Source: Candidatus Woesearchaeota archaeon
GTDB taxonomy: Archaea; Nanobdellota; Nanobdellia; Woesearchaeales; JASKKU01
Direction: 5' to 3'
DNA length: 42,974 nucleotides
NCBI GenBank assembly: GCA_030154045.1
Contig: JASKKU010000004.1
Coordinates: 1-42,974 of the forward strand
Shown: piece after piece, positions 18,757-29,488 of the stretch
How the letters are laid out: every line of letters starts with the position of its first letter
How positions within the stretch are numbered: the first letter of the stretch is position 1
The notes under the pieces: model-generated
What the model was told of the DNA's origin: nothing
The model's database searches: none
Seen by the model: only the letters and a program-made list of their open reading frames with translations
Program-made: the position numbers and the translations under genes

Positions 18757-21700
18757 AGAGAGGATAGAGTATCTCAATAGAAAGATTGAAGAGTGCGAAG
18801 AACAAAAATCTAAAATTGACGCCTTAGCAAACAAGTTCTTATCAGAGCAGATTAAGAAAAAAGATTTTTCTTATGAAACTTATGAAAAAGAGCTCAAAAA
18901 GTTGCTTAAGGGTAAAACAAGAGCCGAATGGTTTGCATATCTAAATTCTAAAATCAAAGCTTATAAATCAGAGCTCAATAAATTAAAACAGGAGCAAAGA
19001 AAACTCTTGAGAAAAAGAACTGTGCTTGTTGTTTCCGTAAATTTATTGGTTTTTGCCTTTGTCATTCCTTTTTTATTGACCAATTATTCAAACTTTAACT
19101 TAACAGGCTTCCTAGTAGCAGAGCCTGCTCTTGTTGGTCAAAATTCGAGTACTAATCTTACTAACATATCGCCCCAGATAGAGGCTACAATTAATCAAAC
19201 ACAGCCAGCAAATGAATCTTTAGCTGAGGAACCTCAAACCAAAACAAAGGAAAGTCCTAAACCTATAACAAGCTCTTCCACTAGCGGGAGTAAATCTTCC
19301 TCTAGCTCAGAAATAACATCTATCTTGCAAGAAAGCAATGAAACTCAGACGAACCAAACTCAGACTAATGAAACAATCGCTGAACCAGCAAACAAATCAA
19401 TCAATTTAGAGAACAATTCTGCTGTTAATAACGAAAGCTTTCTTAATCAAAGTAATCAAACTCAATCGGTTATAAACATCACTAATCAAAGTTATGAAAA
19501 TATTTCCGATTTAACAAACATAAGTTCAAACGAATCCTTTAATCAATCAGAAATTATAGAAAATCAATCCGTGCTTGAAAACTTGAGCGAAACCGCAAAT
19601 AAGACCGCAAACCAAACAATAAACCTCACAAATCAAACAAATTTAACAAACGAAAGTTTAGAGAATGCAACTATTGAAAACCTGACAAACGCAAGCCTAG
19701 AAAACATCTCTTTGATAAATATAACAAATGAAACCATAATCCAAAATCAAACCAATATGACGAATCTTTCTAATGTTTCATTAATCGAGAATATAACTAA
19801 TATAACAAAAGGATCTATTATAAATCAATCGGTATTAAATGAGACAAATGTAAGCAAGTTAATAAATGAAACCTTGGGAAACGAAACTCAAATAAATAAA
19901 ACTGAGGTTAATGAAAGCAATACAACTTCAACAATAATTAACCAGACCTTATCATTTTTCTTTGAGAATCTAACTGTTGCAGTAAACTCTACAAAGGCAA
20001 TAAACTTAGAAGAGTATTTTAATTCCTCCAACTTAACTTATATTTTAATTAATTTTGATTCTATGAATGCTCAAATAATAGACGATGTTTTAGTAATCTC
20101 TCCAAAAACCGTCGGTTCTTTCAGGTTAAAAATAATTGCAAGTGCTGAGAATTACACCTTAGAATCTAATGTGTTTTATGTTGAATCTTTATTACCTAAC
20201 GAAACCAATCAATCCACTTTAAAAAATATAACTAACGAAACTTCTCAAGAGATTGGCAATATTAAAAATTTAACTTTGATAAAACCTCTGCCAGAAATTA
20301 CTTTGGTGTATCCTCAAAACGTAATCTTAAATTTGAGTCAGTATTTTAAGTCCTCTTCTGACATAATTTTTACCTTCATTTATGATACTTCAAAACTTAA
20401 TGTCAAAGAAAAACTTGGTGTAATAAACATCTCTTCAAAACTTAATGACAATTTTAACCTAACAATAAAAATTTGGGCATCTGATAATAATAACACCTTA
20501 CAGAACAACCTTAGTATTACTGTATTACAGAACCTTTCTTTATTAAATCAAATAATGAACCTTACAAATCAAAGCACTAATTTAACGAACGCAAGTTTAG
20601 AAAACCTAAGTGAGATAAACCTTAGTAAAGTTAATGAACCACCAAGACTGCTTTATAATCTAACCAATCTAACAGTTTCAAACACAACCTTAAAGATTAA
20701 ACTATCTAATCTATTTTATGACCCAGACTCTGACGAACTTTCGTTCCTTGCTATCTCTGATTATCCTCTAGTTTCTTTTATTGATTCAGACTATCTTTAT
20801 CTTTATGCAGAGCATAGCTTTAATGGCAGCAGAGAATTAAAACTCTTGGCTTCTGACGGAATAAATGTAACTATTGTGAGCTTTTTTGTTAATTATTCAG
20901 AGACATTTAACGTTTCCTTACCGGAGAATCTAACTAATGATATAAACCATTCAATTAATGTTTCCAATCAGACTTTATTAAACCTAACTTCAAAAGAACA
21001 ACAAGAAAGCTTGAAGTATTTCATAAACATTAACGGCCCTACTCGTTGGGTTAAGAGAGTAAGAGTTCAAAACTCTGAAGATGCTTGGACTTATAAGGTT
21101 GTTTCAGTTTTGATTCCAAGCGATGCAAAGAACATAACTGTGCTCTTTAACTCTCAGTTGTTGAAGTTTATTGATGAATTAGAGATGCCGAAAGTAAAGG
21201 TCTTATCGAGTGCTAATGATTTAACTACCTATATGCAACAAACTAATAACACTCAAGAAGAAAACCTTTCAAATAATTCAATTAATGAATCTTTGATTAA
21301 CTCAAGCACTTTACAAAATTCGTCTTCAAATTTAACCATTATTAATGGAACTAATTCAAGCGAAACAAACTCTTTAGAGAATAATAGTAATAATACATTA
21401 AACAATACATTACAAGAATCTGAAGACAATCTCTTATCAAATGTTGTGCAAACAATAACAGGATTCTTTGGTTTTGGTATCAATGAACAAATAAATGCAA
21501 CGAATGAAACTAATCTTGCCTCTACAAACAATGAAAGTAATGCTGTTTTGGGTTCAACCAATAATTTAGTTAACACCACTTCATTAAATGATTCGCAGAC
21601 CCAAATAGATGAAACTTTTTCAAAAGAAGCAGTTTATTCTTTGAAGGATTCAGAATTGGGTAAAGCCGTCTTAATCAAAGATTATTTTGATCCTAATAGC

Positions 21701-23080
21701 ATTAAAGAATATGAGATTCAATACTTTACTTTAGGAGTTCATCTTGAAAAAGTATTAGATTATAGAACCAACCTTACGCATTACCAAAAGTTTAAGTTGA
21801 CAAATTTGGATAATGCAACTTACCAAAATATTAGATTAACCTTTATTGAACAGCCTCTGGATCAGCTTACGGTACTCTCCAATTCTGAAATAAATTATAG
21901 TTATGTTGAATTAAGCAATGAAACAAAGATACTTGTTTTAGTAAAAGAACTCAAACCCTACGAGACAATTGACTTATCAATCTATGCAATGTTTGATACC
22001 TTCTCATATAAACTGTATTCCATAATAAACAATACTTGGAGGTTTGACCTTTCTACAGAGTTCAACGACACTTTCGAGCTTAATTTGTTGAATGGCTCTT
22101 TAACTTTGGATGATATTGTTTGTTTAGATACAAATGAATCCGTATTAAATTCAGGCCTAACTCAGTCAGTCACTACAACAGAAACAGATAATAGCATTAT
22201 TTCAGAACAGAACTCTTTGACAAATTCAACAATTTTGCAACAAGAAAATCAAACCGAAAACATCACACTAAATACTGCTAGTGCCTTTAATAATTCTCTT
22301 GAAAACACTTCATTAAATCAAACAACAAATCAAACAACTGTAAATACCAGCTTAAATACCTTTGATAATGAAACTAACATAAACGAAACAATGCAAAACC
22401 AAGAGGTTAAATCTAATTTAGATTCCTCTGGGAATTATGTTAAGTTTGACACAACTGTCTGCAAGAACTTTGCAGTATATTTATCAGGAGATGATATTAA
22501 GAATGCAGAGGTACAAGTTAGTTTCTTAAATTCAACAAAAGAGATACATTCAGTTGAATCTAAGACATTGTTCCCACAGATTTCATCAATAACCGGATTC
22601 TGTAATAATTGTGGAGAAGACAAATTGTTTAATGTTTCAGTAGGCTGTGTCAAAACAAATACTGCTGAAGGTGGTTGGGATTTTGCTCTTCAAATGGACT
22701 TTAATTTCTCAAGTAACAGACTTTTAGCTTATGAAGCTACCCTCTGCGTTGACACGATTTACTCAACTGATGCGCAGGATGTTTATGCAGTTTTCCTACC
22801 AACAAACTCAACAAACCTTACTGAATATGAGATCTATGCCTTAAACAACATCAAGTCCTTAGACGTGTTTTTAATGAACAAGCCATACTTAACTTTACAT
22901 ATCAATTCTAGCATAAATGAGTTTAGTAATCAGACCGTTTTCTGCGGTACAGGTTATAATATCCCTCTATCTAAAAACTTCAGGATTTTACTTTTGGGTC
23001 AAGATATGCAATATTCTGCTAGGCCATTCGCTTGCTTTATGACTAATTCAAAGAATACTTATTTGAAAATCAAATACTAA
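18737..23080 (+). CDS. 1447-aa membrane-anchored, Asn-rich surface glycoprotein with cadherin/Ig-like modules
   Basis: N-terminal charged coiled coil, TM near residue 100, dense N-x-S/T tracts, NEPP...[11 protein letters not shown] motif, Cys-containing C-terminal domain. Confidence 0.8.
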   Translation: MNFSSIKERIEYLNRKIEECEEQKSKIDALANKFLSEQIKKKDFSYETYEKELKKLLKGKTRAEWFAYLNSKIKAYKSELNKLKQEQRKLLRKRTVLVVSVNLLVFAFVIPFLLTNYSNFNLTGFLVAEPALVGQNSSTNLTNISPQIEATINQTQPANESLAEEPQTKTKESPKPITSSSTSGSKSSSSSEITSILQESNETQTNQTQTNETIAEPANKSINLENNSAVNNESFLNQSNQTQSVINITNQSYENISDLTNISSNESFNQSEIIENQSVLENLSETANKTANQTINLTNQTNLTNESLENATIENLTNASLENISLINITNETIIQNQTNMTNLSNVSLIENITNITKGSIINQSVLNETNVSKLINETLGNETQINKTEVNESNTTSTIINQTLSFFFENLTVAVNSTKAINLEEYFNSSNLTYILINFDSMNAQIIDDVLVISPKTVGSFRLKIIASAENYTLESNVFYVESLLPNETNQSTLKNITNETSQEIGNIKNLTLIKPLPEITLVYPQNVILNLSQYFKSSSDIIFTFIYDTSKLNVKEKLGVINISSKLNDNFNLTIKIWASDNNNTLQNNLSITVLQNLSLLNQIMNLTNQSTNLTNASLENLSEINLSKVNEPPRLLYNLTNLTVSNTTLKIKLSNLFYDPDSDELSFLAISDYPLVSFIDSDYLYLYAEHSFNGSRELKLLASDGINVTIVSFFVNYSETFNVSLPENLTNDINHSINVSNQTLLNLTSKEQQESLKYFININGPTRWVKRVRVQNSEDAWTYKVVSVLIPSDAKNITVLFNSQLLKFIDELEMPKVKVLSSANDLTTYMQQTNNTQEENLSNNSINESLINSSTLQNSSSNLTIINGTNSSETNSLENNSNNTLNNTLQESEDNLLSNVVQTITGFFGFGINEQINATNETNLASTNNESNAVLGSTNNLVNTTSLNDSQTQIDETFSKEAVYSLKDSELGKAVLIKDYFDPNSIKEYEIQYFTLGVHLEKVLDYRTNLTHYQKFKLTNLDNATYQNIRLTFIEQPLDQLTVLSNSEINYSYVELSNETKILVLVKELKPYETIDLSIYAMFDTFSYKLYSIINNTWRFDLSTEFNDTFELNLLNGSLTLDDIVCLDTNESVLNSGLTQSVTTTETDNSIISEQNSLTNSTILQQENQTENITLNTASAFNNSLENTSLNQTTNQTTVNTSLNTFDNETNINETMQNQEVKSNLDSSGNYVKFDTTVCKNFAVYLSGDDIKNAEVQVSFLNSTKEIHSVESKTLFPQISSITGFCNNCGEDKLFNVSVGCVKTNTAEGGWDFALQMDFNFSSNRLLAYEATLCVDTIYSTDAQDVYAVFLPTNSTNLTEYEIYALNNIKSLDVFLMNKPYLTLHINSSINEFSNQTVFCGTGYNIPLSKNFRILLLGQDMQYSARPFACFMTNSKNTYLKIKY

Positions 23081-23157
23081 AATACAGATTCTTTTACTTC
23101 TTTTATTTTAAACTTTTGTAGATAATATTTAAAAACTAGGTAAAAACACCTATTGTT

Positions 23158-24300
23158 ATGAAAGCAGTTGTTCATTACTCAGAGATCTCTTTGAAAGGAA
23201 AAAACAAACAATACTTTGTAGATCGTTTAATTACAAATATCAAAGAAAAACTTCCTTTTCTTGAACACATACATAAGAAAGAAAACAGGCTGTTCCTTTC
23301 TTTTTCCGATGATAAAAAAGAGATTGTCCAAAAAACCTTGGGAAAAATATTTGGGATCTCTTGGTTTGCATTTCTTACTGAAGTAACAAATTATGAGGAG
23401 TTAAAAAAGCGCATTTTATCTGAGTTAAGTAAAAGCAGAGAGTTTGAAAAAGCAACCTCTTTCAGAGTTTTAACTCGAAGAAGTTATAAACAGTTTGAGA
23501 AGAATTCTTTAGAAATCAGTTCTGAGATAGCTTACGAAATAAAAAACAAATTTAATAAGAAAATTGACTTAAAAAATGCCGACTTTACAATCTATGTATG
23601 GGTGTTGAAAGATTTGTTCTATTTCTTTTTTGAGAAACATAGAGGCTTAGATGGCCTGCCTGTTGGAAGCGTTGGCAAGGTACTATGCCTTTTTTCAGGA
23701 GGGATTGATTCGCCTGTAGCTGCCTACCTGTTGATGAAAAGAGGCTGTAGAGTTGATTTCTTGCATTTTTATGCAATTGATGACTTAGATTATGTTAAAA
23801 ACTCAAAGATTTTTGAGCAGATAAAACTACTCAATCACTATCAGAAACATTCAAAACTATATCTTGTTCCATATAAGTTTTTCAATCAAAGGTCTTTGCT
23901 TGTTCCAGAGAGGTATGATATGGTTCTCTTTAGGAGATTCATTTTGAAGTTTGGTGAAAAATTGGCAGAAAAAGAAGGATATGGTGCTTTAGTTACAGGA
24001 GACAACTTGGGCCAGGTGGCAAGCCAAACCCTTGAAAATCTTAACAGTGCTGTAAGAGGGTTAAATATTTTATTATTCCAGCCATTGATTGGTTTTAATA
24101 AACAGGAAATTATTGGATTATCAAAGCAGATAGGCTTGTTTGAAGCAAGCATTAAAGAGTACAAAGACTGTTGTTCAATCATATCAAAGAAACCTGCAAC
24201 TAAGACAACACCAAAACTTATCTCGAGCTTTGCAGAAAAGATTAATTTGGATGAAGTAATTCAACAAAGCTTTGACAATATTCAAGTTTTTAAGTTTTGA
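23158..24300 (+). CDS. thiI: tRNA 4-thiouridine(8) synthase ThiI, no rhodanese domain
   Basis: YSEISLKGKN, THUMP region, GLPVG, SGGIDSPVA PP-loop, GDNLGQVASQTLEN. Confidence 0.96.
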   Translation: MKAVVHYSEISLKGKNKQYFVDRLITNIKEKLPFLEHIHKKENRLFLSFSDDKKEIVQKTLGKIFGISWFAFLTEVTNYEELKKRILSELSKSREFEKATSFRVLTRRSYKQFEKNSLEISSEIAYEIKNKFNKKIDLKNADFTIYVWVLKDLFYFFFEKHRGLDGLPVGSVGKVLCLFSGGIDSPVAAYLLMKRGCRVDFLHFYAIDDLDYVKNSKIFEQIKLLNHYQKHSKLYLVPYKFFNQRSLLVPERYDMVLFRRFILKFGEKLAEKEGYGALVTGDNLGQVASQTLENLNSAVRGLNILLFQPLIGFNKQEIIGLSKQIGLFEASIKEYKDCCSIISKKPATKTTPKLISSFAEKINLDEVIQQSFDNIQVFKF

Positions 24301-24400
24301 ACTAATTTGGCCTTAAAATTTAATCGGAAAATTTTAAAATAATCTCTCTTTGCTTATCTTTATCAAATTATTTTATTATATAAAAAAGAATAGCTGATAT

Positions 24401-24475
24401 CCCTCCGTAGCCTAGCTTGGATAAGGCGACAGCCTCCTAAGCTGTAGATCGGGGGTTCGAATCCCCCCGGAGGGG
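24401..24475 (+). tRNA. tRNA-Arg(CCT)
   Basis: Acceptor CCCTCCG/CGGAGGG+G; ACAGC-CTCCTAA-GCTGT; GGGGG-TTCGAAT-CCCCC. Confidence 0.95.
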
Positions 24476-24490
24476 CTAACTTAAAAAGTA

Positions 24491-24563
24491 GGGGTTGTAG
24501 GGTAGCTTGGTATCCCCCTACCTTGGGGTGGTAGTAACCTGGGTTCAAATCCCAGCAACCCCA
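24491..24563 (+). tRNA. tRNA-Pro(GGG)
   Basis: Acceptor GGGGTTG/CAACCCC+A; CTACC-TTGGGGT-GGTAG; CTGGG-TTCAAAT-CCCAG. Confidence 0.95.
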
Positions 24564-24609
24564 CTTGCGATAAAATCTGAAAAGTCTTTTATTTTGATTT
24601 TTAAGAAAC

Positions 24610-24623
24610 AAAAGGTTTATAAA
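24610..24623 (+). promoter_or_regulatory. BRE/TATA promoter of the L3 superoperon
   Basis: aaaagg-TTTATAAA about 200 nt upstream of the rpl3 ATG. Confidence 0.6.
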
Positions 24624-24663
24624 GGCACCTCTTATCCACAAAATCAAACACAAAATCAAGGTT

Positions 24664-24743
24664 CGCAAAGGTTATTTGCGTATCACCTGATAAGGAATCC
24701 AATGGGTGATTCCGCTATAGGTGGGATCTTTCTATTGGGTTCC
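24664..24743 (+). ncRNA. Structured RNA element in the putative rpl3 operon 5' leader
   Basis: CGCAAA-ggtta-TTTGCG hairpin plus a ~21-bp GU-rich hairpin at 24694-24743 in AT-rich context. Confidence 0.55.
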
Positions 24744-24819
24744 ACGCTTAACAAACTTTAGCAAAACTTAGCAAAACAAAACTTTTGTTTGTTTTAAACA
24801 GGATTGAAAGAGGTTTAAA

Positions 24820-25809
24820 ATGCCATCAACTAAATCACCAAGGAAAGGAAGTATGCAGTTTTGGCCAAGAAAAAGAGCTAGGCGAATCGTTCCGAGAATT
24901 AGACATTGGCCTGCAAGCGACGAAGCTAAACTTTTAGGTTTTATTGGCTACAAGGTTGGAATGACTTCTGTTTTAGTTAAGGACAATACGCCAAATTCCA
25001 TTACGAAGGGCAAAAACATCGTCCTGCCTGTTACAGTCGTTGAGTGCCCTCCCATCAAAATTCTTTCTGTTCGCTTTTACAAAAACCACTACTTCTCCAA
25101 GGTCCTTGTCAAGGAAATTTTTGTAGATTCTAACAAATATCTTAGAAGAGCATTTCCAAGCATAGATAAGATGAAATCAACTCTTGACGATGTTAGTGAG
25201 GAGTTCTTAAACTCAGTAGATGATGTTAGAGCAGTAATCTACTCTCAAGTTTATATGACCGGTATTGGCAAAAAGACGCCTGATATTTTGGAGGTAGCAA
25301 TTGGCGGAAAATCTGTTCAAGATAAGTTCGCAGCAGTAAAAGAATTAGTTAACAAGCCAATTAATTTTAAAGACTTATTTAATGAGCTTAGTTTTGTAGA
25401 TATTGCAGCAGTAACTAAAGGTAAAGGTTTCCAGGGTCCTGTTAAGAGATTTGGAGTAAACATAAGGAGTCATAAAGCGGAGAAAACTAAGAGGGGTCCG
25501 GGTTCACTTGGTCCTTGGGTTGCTCAAGGTCATATTATGTATAGAGTTGCTCACGCAGGTCAGATGGGTTTCTTCCAAAGAAGGTTCTATAATAATCTAA
25601 TCATTCATATTGGCGAAGACCCTGAAAAGGTTAATGTAAAGGGCGGTTACTTGCATTATGGTTTGGTTAAGAATCCTTATGTACTGATAAAAGGTTCAGT
25701 TGCAGGTTCGCCTAAGAGGCCTGTTGTGTTTACTGCACCTATGAGAACTCATAAACATAAACCTGTTAATTATGAGTTGAAGGAAATTCGCCTTTCATCA
25801 AATCAGTAA
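24820..25809 (+). CDS. rpl3: 50S ribosomal protein L3
   Basis: PRKGSMQFWPRKRA, GYKVGMT, TKGKGFQGPVKRFG, AGQMG. Confidence 0.97.
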   Translation: MPSTKSPRKGSMQFWPRKRARRIVPRIRHWPASDEAKLLGFIGYKVGMTSVLVKDNTPNSITKGKNIVLPVTVVECPPIKILSVRFYKNHYFSKVLVKEIFVDSNKYLRRAFPSIDKMKSTLDDVSEEFLNSVDDVRAVIYSQVYMTGIGKKTPDILEVAIGGKSVQDKFAAVKELVNKPINFKDLFNELSFVDIAAVTKGKGFQGPVKRFGVNIRSHKAEKTKRGPGSLGPWVAQGHIMYRVAHAGQMGFFQRRFYNNLIIHIGEDPEKVNVKGGYLHYGLVKNPYVLIKGSVAGSPKRPVVFTAPMRTHKHKPVNYELKEIRLSSNQ

Positions 25810-25821
25810 AAGGTATGAAAA

Positions 25822-26628
25822 ATGGAATTGACAATTGTTGATTTTGAAAAAAAGGAAGTTGGAAAGGTCACTTTGCCAAGACAGTTTGAAGAGGCAATTA
25901 GATTGGATTTAATTCATAGAGCCTTTGTGGCAAAGCATTCTGCTCTTAGACAGAGATATGGTGCTGACCCTCGAGCAGGCAAGAGATATTCAGCAAAATT
26001 GTCCAGGAGAAGAAGAGATTATAAAGGCAGTTATGGTTTTGGCATTTCAAGAGTTCCTAGGAAGATCCTAGTTAGAAGAGGTACTCGGATGTACTGGGTC
26101 GGCGCTTTTGCTCCTGGTACTGTTGGTGGCAGAAGAGCTCATCCTCCAAAGTCAGAAAAAGTACTCAAAGAAAGATTAAACAAAACCGAACGTAAGAAGG
26201 CTTTGCGTTCAGCACTCGCTGCTACTCTTAACAAAGAACTCTCTGAAAAGAGAGGTCATATTGTTCCAGAAGGTTATCCTTTTGGTATCATTGCAGATTT
26301 TGAAAACGTTGCTAAAACTAAAGAGGTTTTTAAGATTTTACAAACCTTAGGTTTTGGTCCTGACCTTGAAAGGGCCAAAAAGAAGAAGATTAGAGCTGGC
26401 AAAGGCAAGAACAGAGGCAGACCTTATAAGAAGAAAAAGAGTGTTCTACTTGTAGTCTCTCAACAATGTCCTCTTTTGAAATCTGGTAGAAACTTGCCAG
26501 GCGTGGATGTTGTCGTGGTTAATCAGTTGAATAACCTGCTTTTAGCTCCTGGCGGTTTTGCTGGTAGATTAACCTTATTTACAGAATCAGCTATTAAGAA
26601 AATTGCTGAAGAGAACTTATTTATGTGA
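25822..26628 (+). CDS. rpl4: 50S ribosomal protein L4
   Basis: GISRVPR, APGTVGGRRAHPPK, IRAGKGK, LAPGGFAGRLT. Confidence 0.97.
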   Translation: MELTIVDFEKKEVGKVTLPRQFEEAIRLDLIHRAFVAKHSALRQRYGADPRAGKRYSAKLSRRRRDYKGSYGFGISRVPRKILVRRGTRMYWVGAFAPGTVGGRRAHPPKSEKVLKERLNKTERKKALRSALAATLNKELSEKRGHIVPEGYPFGIIADFENVAKTKEVFKILQTLGFGPDLERAKKKKIRAGKGKNRGRPYKKKKSVLLVVSQQCPLLKSGRNLPGVDVVVVNQLNNLLLAPGGFAGRLTLFTESAIKKIAEENLFM

Positions 26629-26633
26629 GAAAA

Positions 26634-26882
26634 ATGGCAATCGTTAAACCGATAAACTCAGAAAAGTACATTAGGTTATTAGAAACTGAGAACAAGATAT
26701 GTTTTGAAGTAACTAAAGATACAACAAAGAATGATGTAAAATCTGAGTTGGAAAACACATTTAATGTTAAAGTTGAAGATGTTAGAGTTTATATTACTCC
26801 GAAGGGAAAGAAGAGAGCGATTGTTAAATTATCTGCAGAAAATCCTGCCTTTGATTTGGCAACTAAATTAGGTTTGGTATAA
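26634..26882 (+). CDS. rpl23: 50S ribosomal protein L23
   Basis: SEK...ENKICFEV...ITPKGKKRAIVKL; ATG 26634. Confidence 0.95.
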   Translation: MAIVKPINSEKYIRLLETENKICFEVTKDTTKNDVKSELENTFNVKVEDVRVYITPKGKKRAIVKLSAENPAFDLATKLGLV

Positions 26883-26904
26883 TCTTAACAAGGTGGAATA
26901 AAAA

Positions 26905-27615
26905 ATGGGTAAGAGAATAATAGCACAAAGGAGAGGTTCAGGATCTCCATTGTATAGATTTCCAGATTTCAAAACCAAAGCTAAAGCTAAATATTTACCT
27001 TTAGGCATAGATGTTAATGACTTAGAAATCGTTGACATCGTCAAGAATAGCTTGCATTCCGCACCTTTGATTAAATTAAAGTATAATGGCAAGGAATACT
27101 ATCATATTGCTGCAGAAGGTGTCGCGGTTGGCCAGAGAATTAAGTATTATGATCCATCCTCTTTAAATTCAGGAGATGTTTTGTTCTTAAAACAGATTCC
27201 TGAAGGTAGCCTTATTTTTAACATTGAAGGTGTTCCTGGTGATGGAGGTAAGTTCGTAAGGGCTTCAGGAACTACTGCGAGAATTATTTCAAAGAACGCT
27301 GACGCAGTTATTGTTGAGATGCCTTCCAAAAAGAAGAAACTATTCAATCCAAACTGCAGAGCAACTTTGGGAGTTGTTGCAGGTAGTGGAAGAGTTGATA
27401 AGCCTTTTGTAAAAGCGGGTAATAAGTATTATTATGCTAAGGCAAAACATCATCTTTATCCAAAGGTTTCAGGAAGTGCTATGAATGCTGTAGACCATCC
27501 ATTCGGTAACAAGAGGTCTTCAAGAAAATCCAAAGCTAAACCAGTTTCAAGGCATGCGCCACCAGGTAGGAAAGTTGGTTATATTGCCGCCAGAAGAACT
27601 GGTAGGAAGAAGTGA
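26905..27615 (+). CDS. rpl2: 50S ribosomal protein L2
   Basis: [39 protein letters not shown]. Confidence 0.97.
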   Translation: MGKRIIAQRRGSGSPLYRFPDFKTKAKAKYLPLGIDVNDLEIVDIVKNSLHSAPLIKLKYNGKEYYHIAAEGVAVGQRIKYYDPSSLNSGDVLFLKQIPEGSLIFNIEGVPGDGGKFVRASGTTARIISKNADAVIVEMPSKKKKLFNPNCRATLGVVAGSGRVDKPFVKAGNKYYYAKAKHHLYPKVSGSAMNAVDHPFGNKRSSRKSKAKPVSRHAPPGRKVGYIAARRTGRKK

Positions 27616-27620
27616 TAAAA

Positions 27621-27998
27621 ATGGCAAAACAATTTACTTATCGGGGTAAAACTCTTGAAGAATTAAAAAAGCTTAGTTTGAATGAGTTTGCTCAATTATT
27701 ATGTTCAAGAGAGCGAAGGAAAATTCAGAGAGGACTCACAGAAGCAGAGAAGAAGCTTGTAGAAAAGCTACAGAAAAAAGATTTTGTAAAGACTCATTGC
27801 AGAGATATGATTATTTTGCCTTCATTTGTTGGTAAAACTATTGGAATCCATAATGGCAAAACATTTGTAAGCGTTAAAATCGTTCCAGAGATGATTGGTA
27901 GGAGGCTTGGCGAGTTTGCTCCAACAAGATCAGAGGTTAAGCATAGCTCGCCAGGTATTGGTGCTACAAGATCTACAGCACACGCTTCAGTTAAGTAG
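27621..27998 (+). CDS. rps19: 30S ribosomal protein S19
   Basis: [39 protein letters not shown]. Confidence 0.96.
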   Translation: MAKQFTYRGKTLEELKKLSLNEFAQLLCSRERRKIQRGLTEAEKKLVEKLQKKDFVKTHCRDMIILPSFVGKTIGIHNGKTFVSVKIVPEMIGRRLGEFAPTRSEVKHSSPGIGATRSTAHASVK

Positions 27999-28011
27999 GT
28001 AGGTGTTAACT

Positions 28012-28617
28012 ATGAATTCACAAGATGTTGAAAAAAGTGCAACTGCGCAGGTAAGAAATGTGCCTATTTCCAGAAAGAAAGGCGTTGAATTAGCACGAGC
28101 TATTAGAAATAAAGCCTTAGATGAAGCTTACAAAATACTAAATGATGTAATTGCATTGAAAAAAGCAGTACCTTACAAGAGATATAATCGAGATAAAGCT
28201 CACAAAACAGGTATAGGTCCTGGTGGTTTCCCAGTTAAATGTGCAACTTACTTTTTGAAAGTGTTGAAGAATGCAGAAGCAAACGCTGTAAACAAAGGAC
28301 TTTCAAGAAACGACCTTTATGTTTCCTTTATCTCTGTAGATAAAGGTCAAACGAGATTAAAGGCTGGCAGACACAGGGGAAGACAAGCAAAAAATGCTCA
28401 CATTAAGATTACTTTAACTGAAAAAGCAGTCAAGACATCTAAAAAGAAGGAAGATAAACCTAAGTCTAAACCTGCTAAGAAAGCAGAATCTAAGAAAACA
28501 GAGTCAAGTAATAAATCAACTAATTCCACTAAATCACCCAAATCACCTAAATCAACTTCAAAAAAGGATGCTCAAAAGGTTGAACCTAAAAAAGATAAAA
28601 GTGGTGAAAGCTCATGA
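28012..28617 (+). CDS. rpl22: 50S ribosomal protein L22 with Lys/Ser-rich C-terminal tail
   Basis: ISRKKGVELARAIR, FPVK, LKNAEANA; operon order. Confidence 0.93.
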   Translation: MNSQDVEKSATAQVRNVPISRKKGVELARAIRNKALDEAYKILNDVIALKKAVPYKRYNRDKAHKTGIGPGGFPVKCATYFLKVLKNAEANAVNKGLSRNDLYVSFISVDKGQTRLKAGRHRGRQAKNAHIKITLTEKAVKTSKKKEDKPKSKPAKKAESKKTESSNKSTNSTKSPKSPKSTSKKDAQKVEPKKDKSGESS

Positions 28618-29231
28618 TTGAAAGATCTTTTATAAAGAACAATGTTAAGCTTCAAAGGGTAAGGGATTATATTTTCTCGGAGTTTAAACAGGGCAGTATA
28701 TCGGAAGTAGAGATTAAGAGGACGCCTCTCGGAGAAAAAATAGTTATAAAATCCTCTAGACCTGGAATTATTGTCGGCAGAAAAGGTAGGAACATCGGCT
28801 CTTTATCTGAAAAATTAAAAGAGATGTTTGGTTTAGAGAACCCTGAGATTGAAGTTATAGAGGTTGAGAATCCTTATCTTGACCCAAGAATCCTTGCAGA
28901 GGACATTGCTTTGCGTTTGGAAAGATATGGTCCAAATGTCTTTAAATCAGCAATGCATAAAACTATCGAGAAGATTATGCATGCTGGTGCAAGAGGCGCA
29001 GAGATTATTATCTCAGGAAAGGTTCCTGGTGCAAGAGCAAAGACCTGGAGAGTTTCAAAAGGTCACCTTAAAAAGAGCGGTTATCCTGCTCAATACTTGG
29101 TTAAAGAAGCTAAGACCTATGCAACCCTTAAGGTTGGAAAAGTCGGCGTAACTGTTAGGATTTTGCCTCCCGATGCTGTTTTACCTGATGATGTTAAGAT
29201 TAATGAACAAGTAAGTGGTGAGAGCTCATGA
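28614..29231 (+). CDS. rps3: 30S ribosomal protein S3
   Basis: RTPLGEKI...RPGIIVGRKG KH domain; GARGAEIIISGK. Confidence 0.96.
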   Translation: MIERSFIKNNVKLQRVRDYIFSEFKQGSISEVEIKRTPLGEKIVIKSSRPGIIVGRKGRNIGSLSEKLKEMFGLENPEIEVIEVENPYLDPRILAEDIALRLERYGPNVFKSAMHKTIEKIMHAGARGAEIIISGKVPGARAKTWRVSKGHLKKSGYPAQYLVKEAKTYATLKVGKVGVTVRILPPDAVLPDDVKINEQVSGESS

Positions 29232-29488
29232 GCAAGACATTTAATGCTTTAAAGGATTTAACAGAAGATGAATTGAAAAAGAAGCTTGCTGAATTAAAAC
29301 TTGAATTAGTCAAGTTGAATGCTCAGAGGCAATCTTCAATAAATTCAAAAGTTTCATCCCAGATTAGAAAAACTCGAAAGGATATTGCCAGAATACTTAC
29401 CATTTTAAACTCAGGCTCAGCAAACTTAAAGAAAAAAACTGTTGAGAATAAAGCAAAACAAAAGAAAATAAACGAATCAAATGAGTGA
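29228..29488 (+). CDS. rpl29: 50S ribosomal protein L29
   Basis: ELKKKLAELKLEL...IRKTRKDIARILT. Confidence 0.93.
   Translation: MSKTFNALKDLTEDELKKKLAELKLELVKLNAQRQSSINSKVSSQIRKTRKDIARILTILNSGSANLKKKTVENKAKQKKINESNE

Noticed and set aside
19330-19950. Repetitive tract as a CRISPR array or DNA tandem repeat
   Set aside because: Repetition is at the amino-acid level within an open frame; no fixed repeat-spacer period and no cas genes
24698-24707. 10-nt complementarity between the leader (TCCAATGGGT) and 2307-2316
   Set aside because: Too short to distinguish from chance; only partly matches the 17248 copy
24694-24753. Leader hairpin as an H/ACA or C/D guide RNA, SRP RNA or RNase P RNA
   Set aside because: No pseudouridylation pocket or correctly placed K-turn/ACA boxes; too short for SRP or RNase P RNA
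24363-24761. ORF-track ORFs 24363-24668(-) and 24507-24761(+)
   Set aside because: They overlap two clear tRNAs and the leader; shadow ORFs
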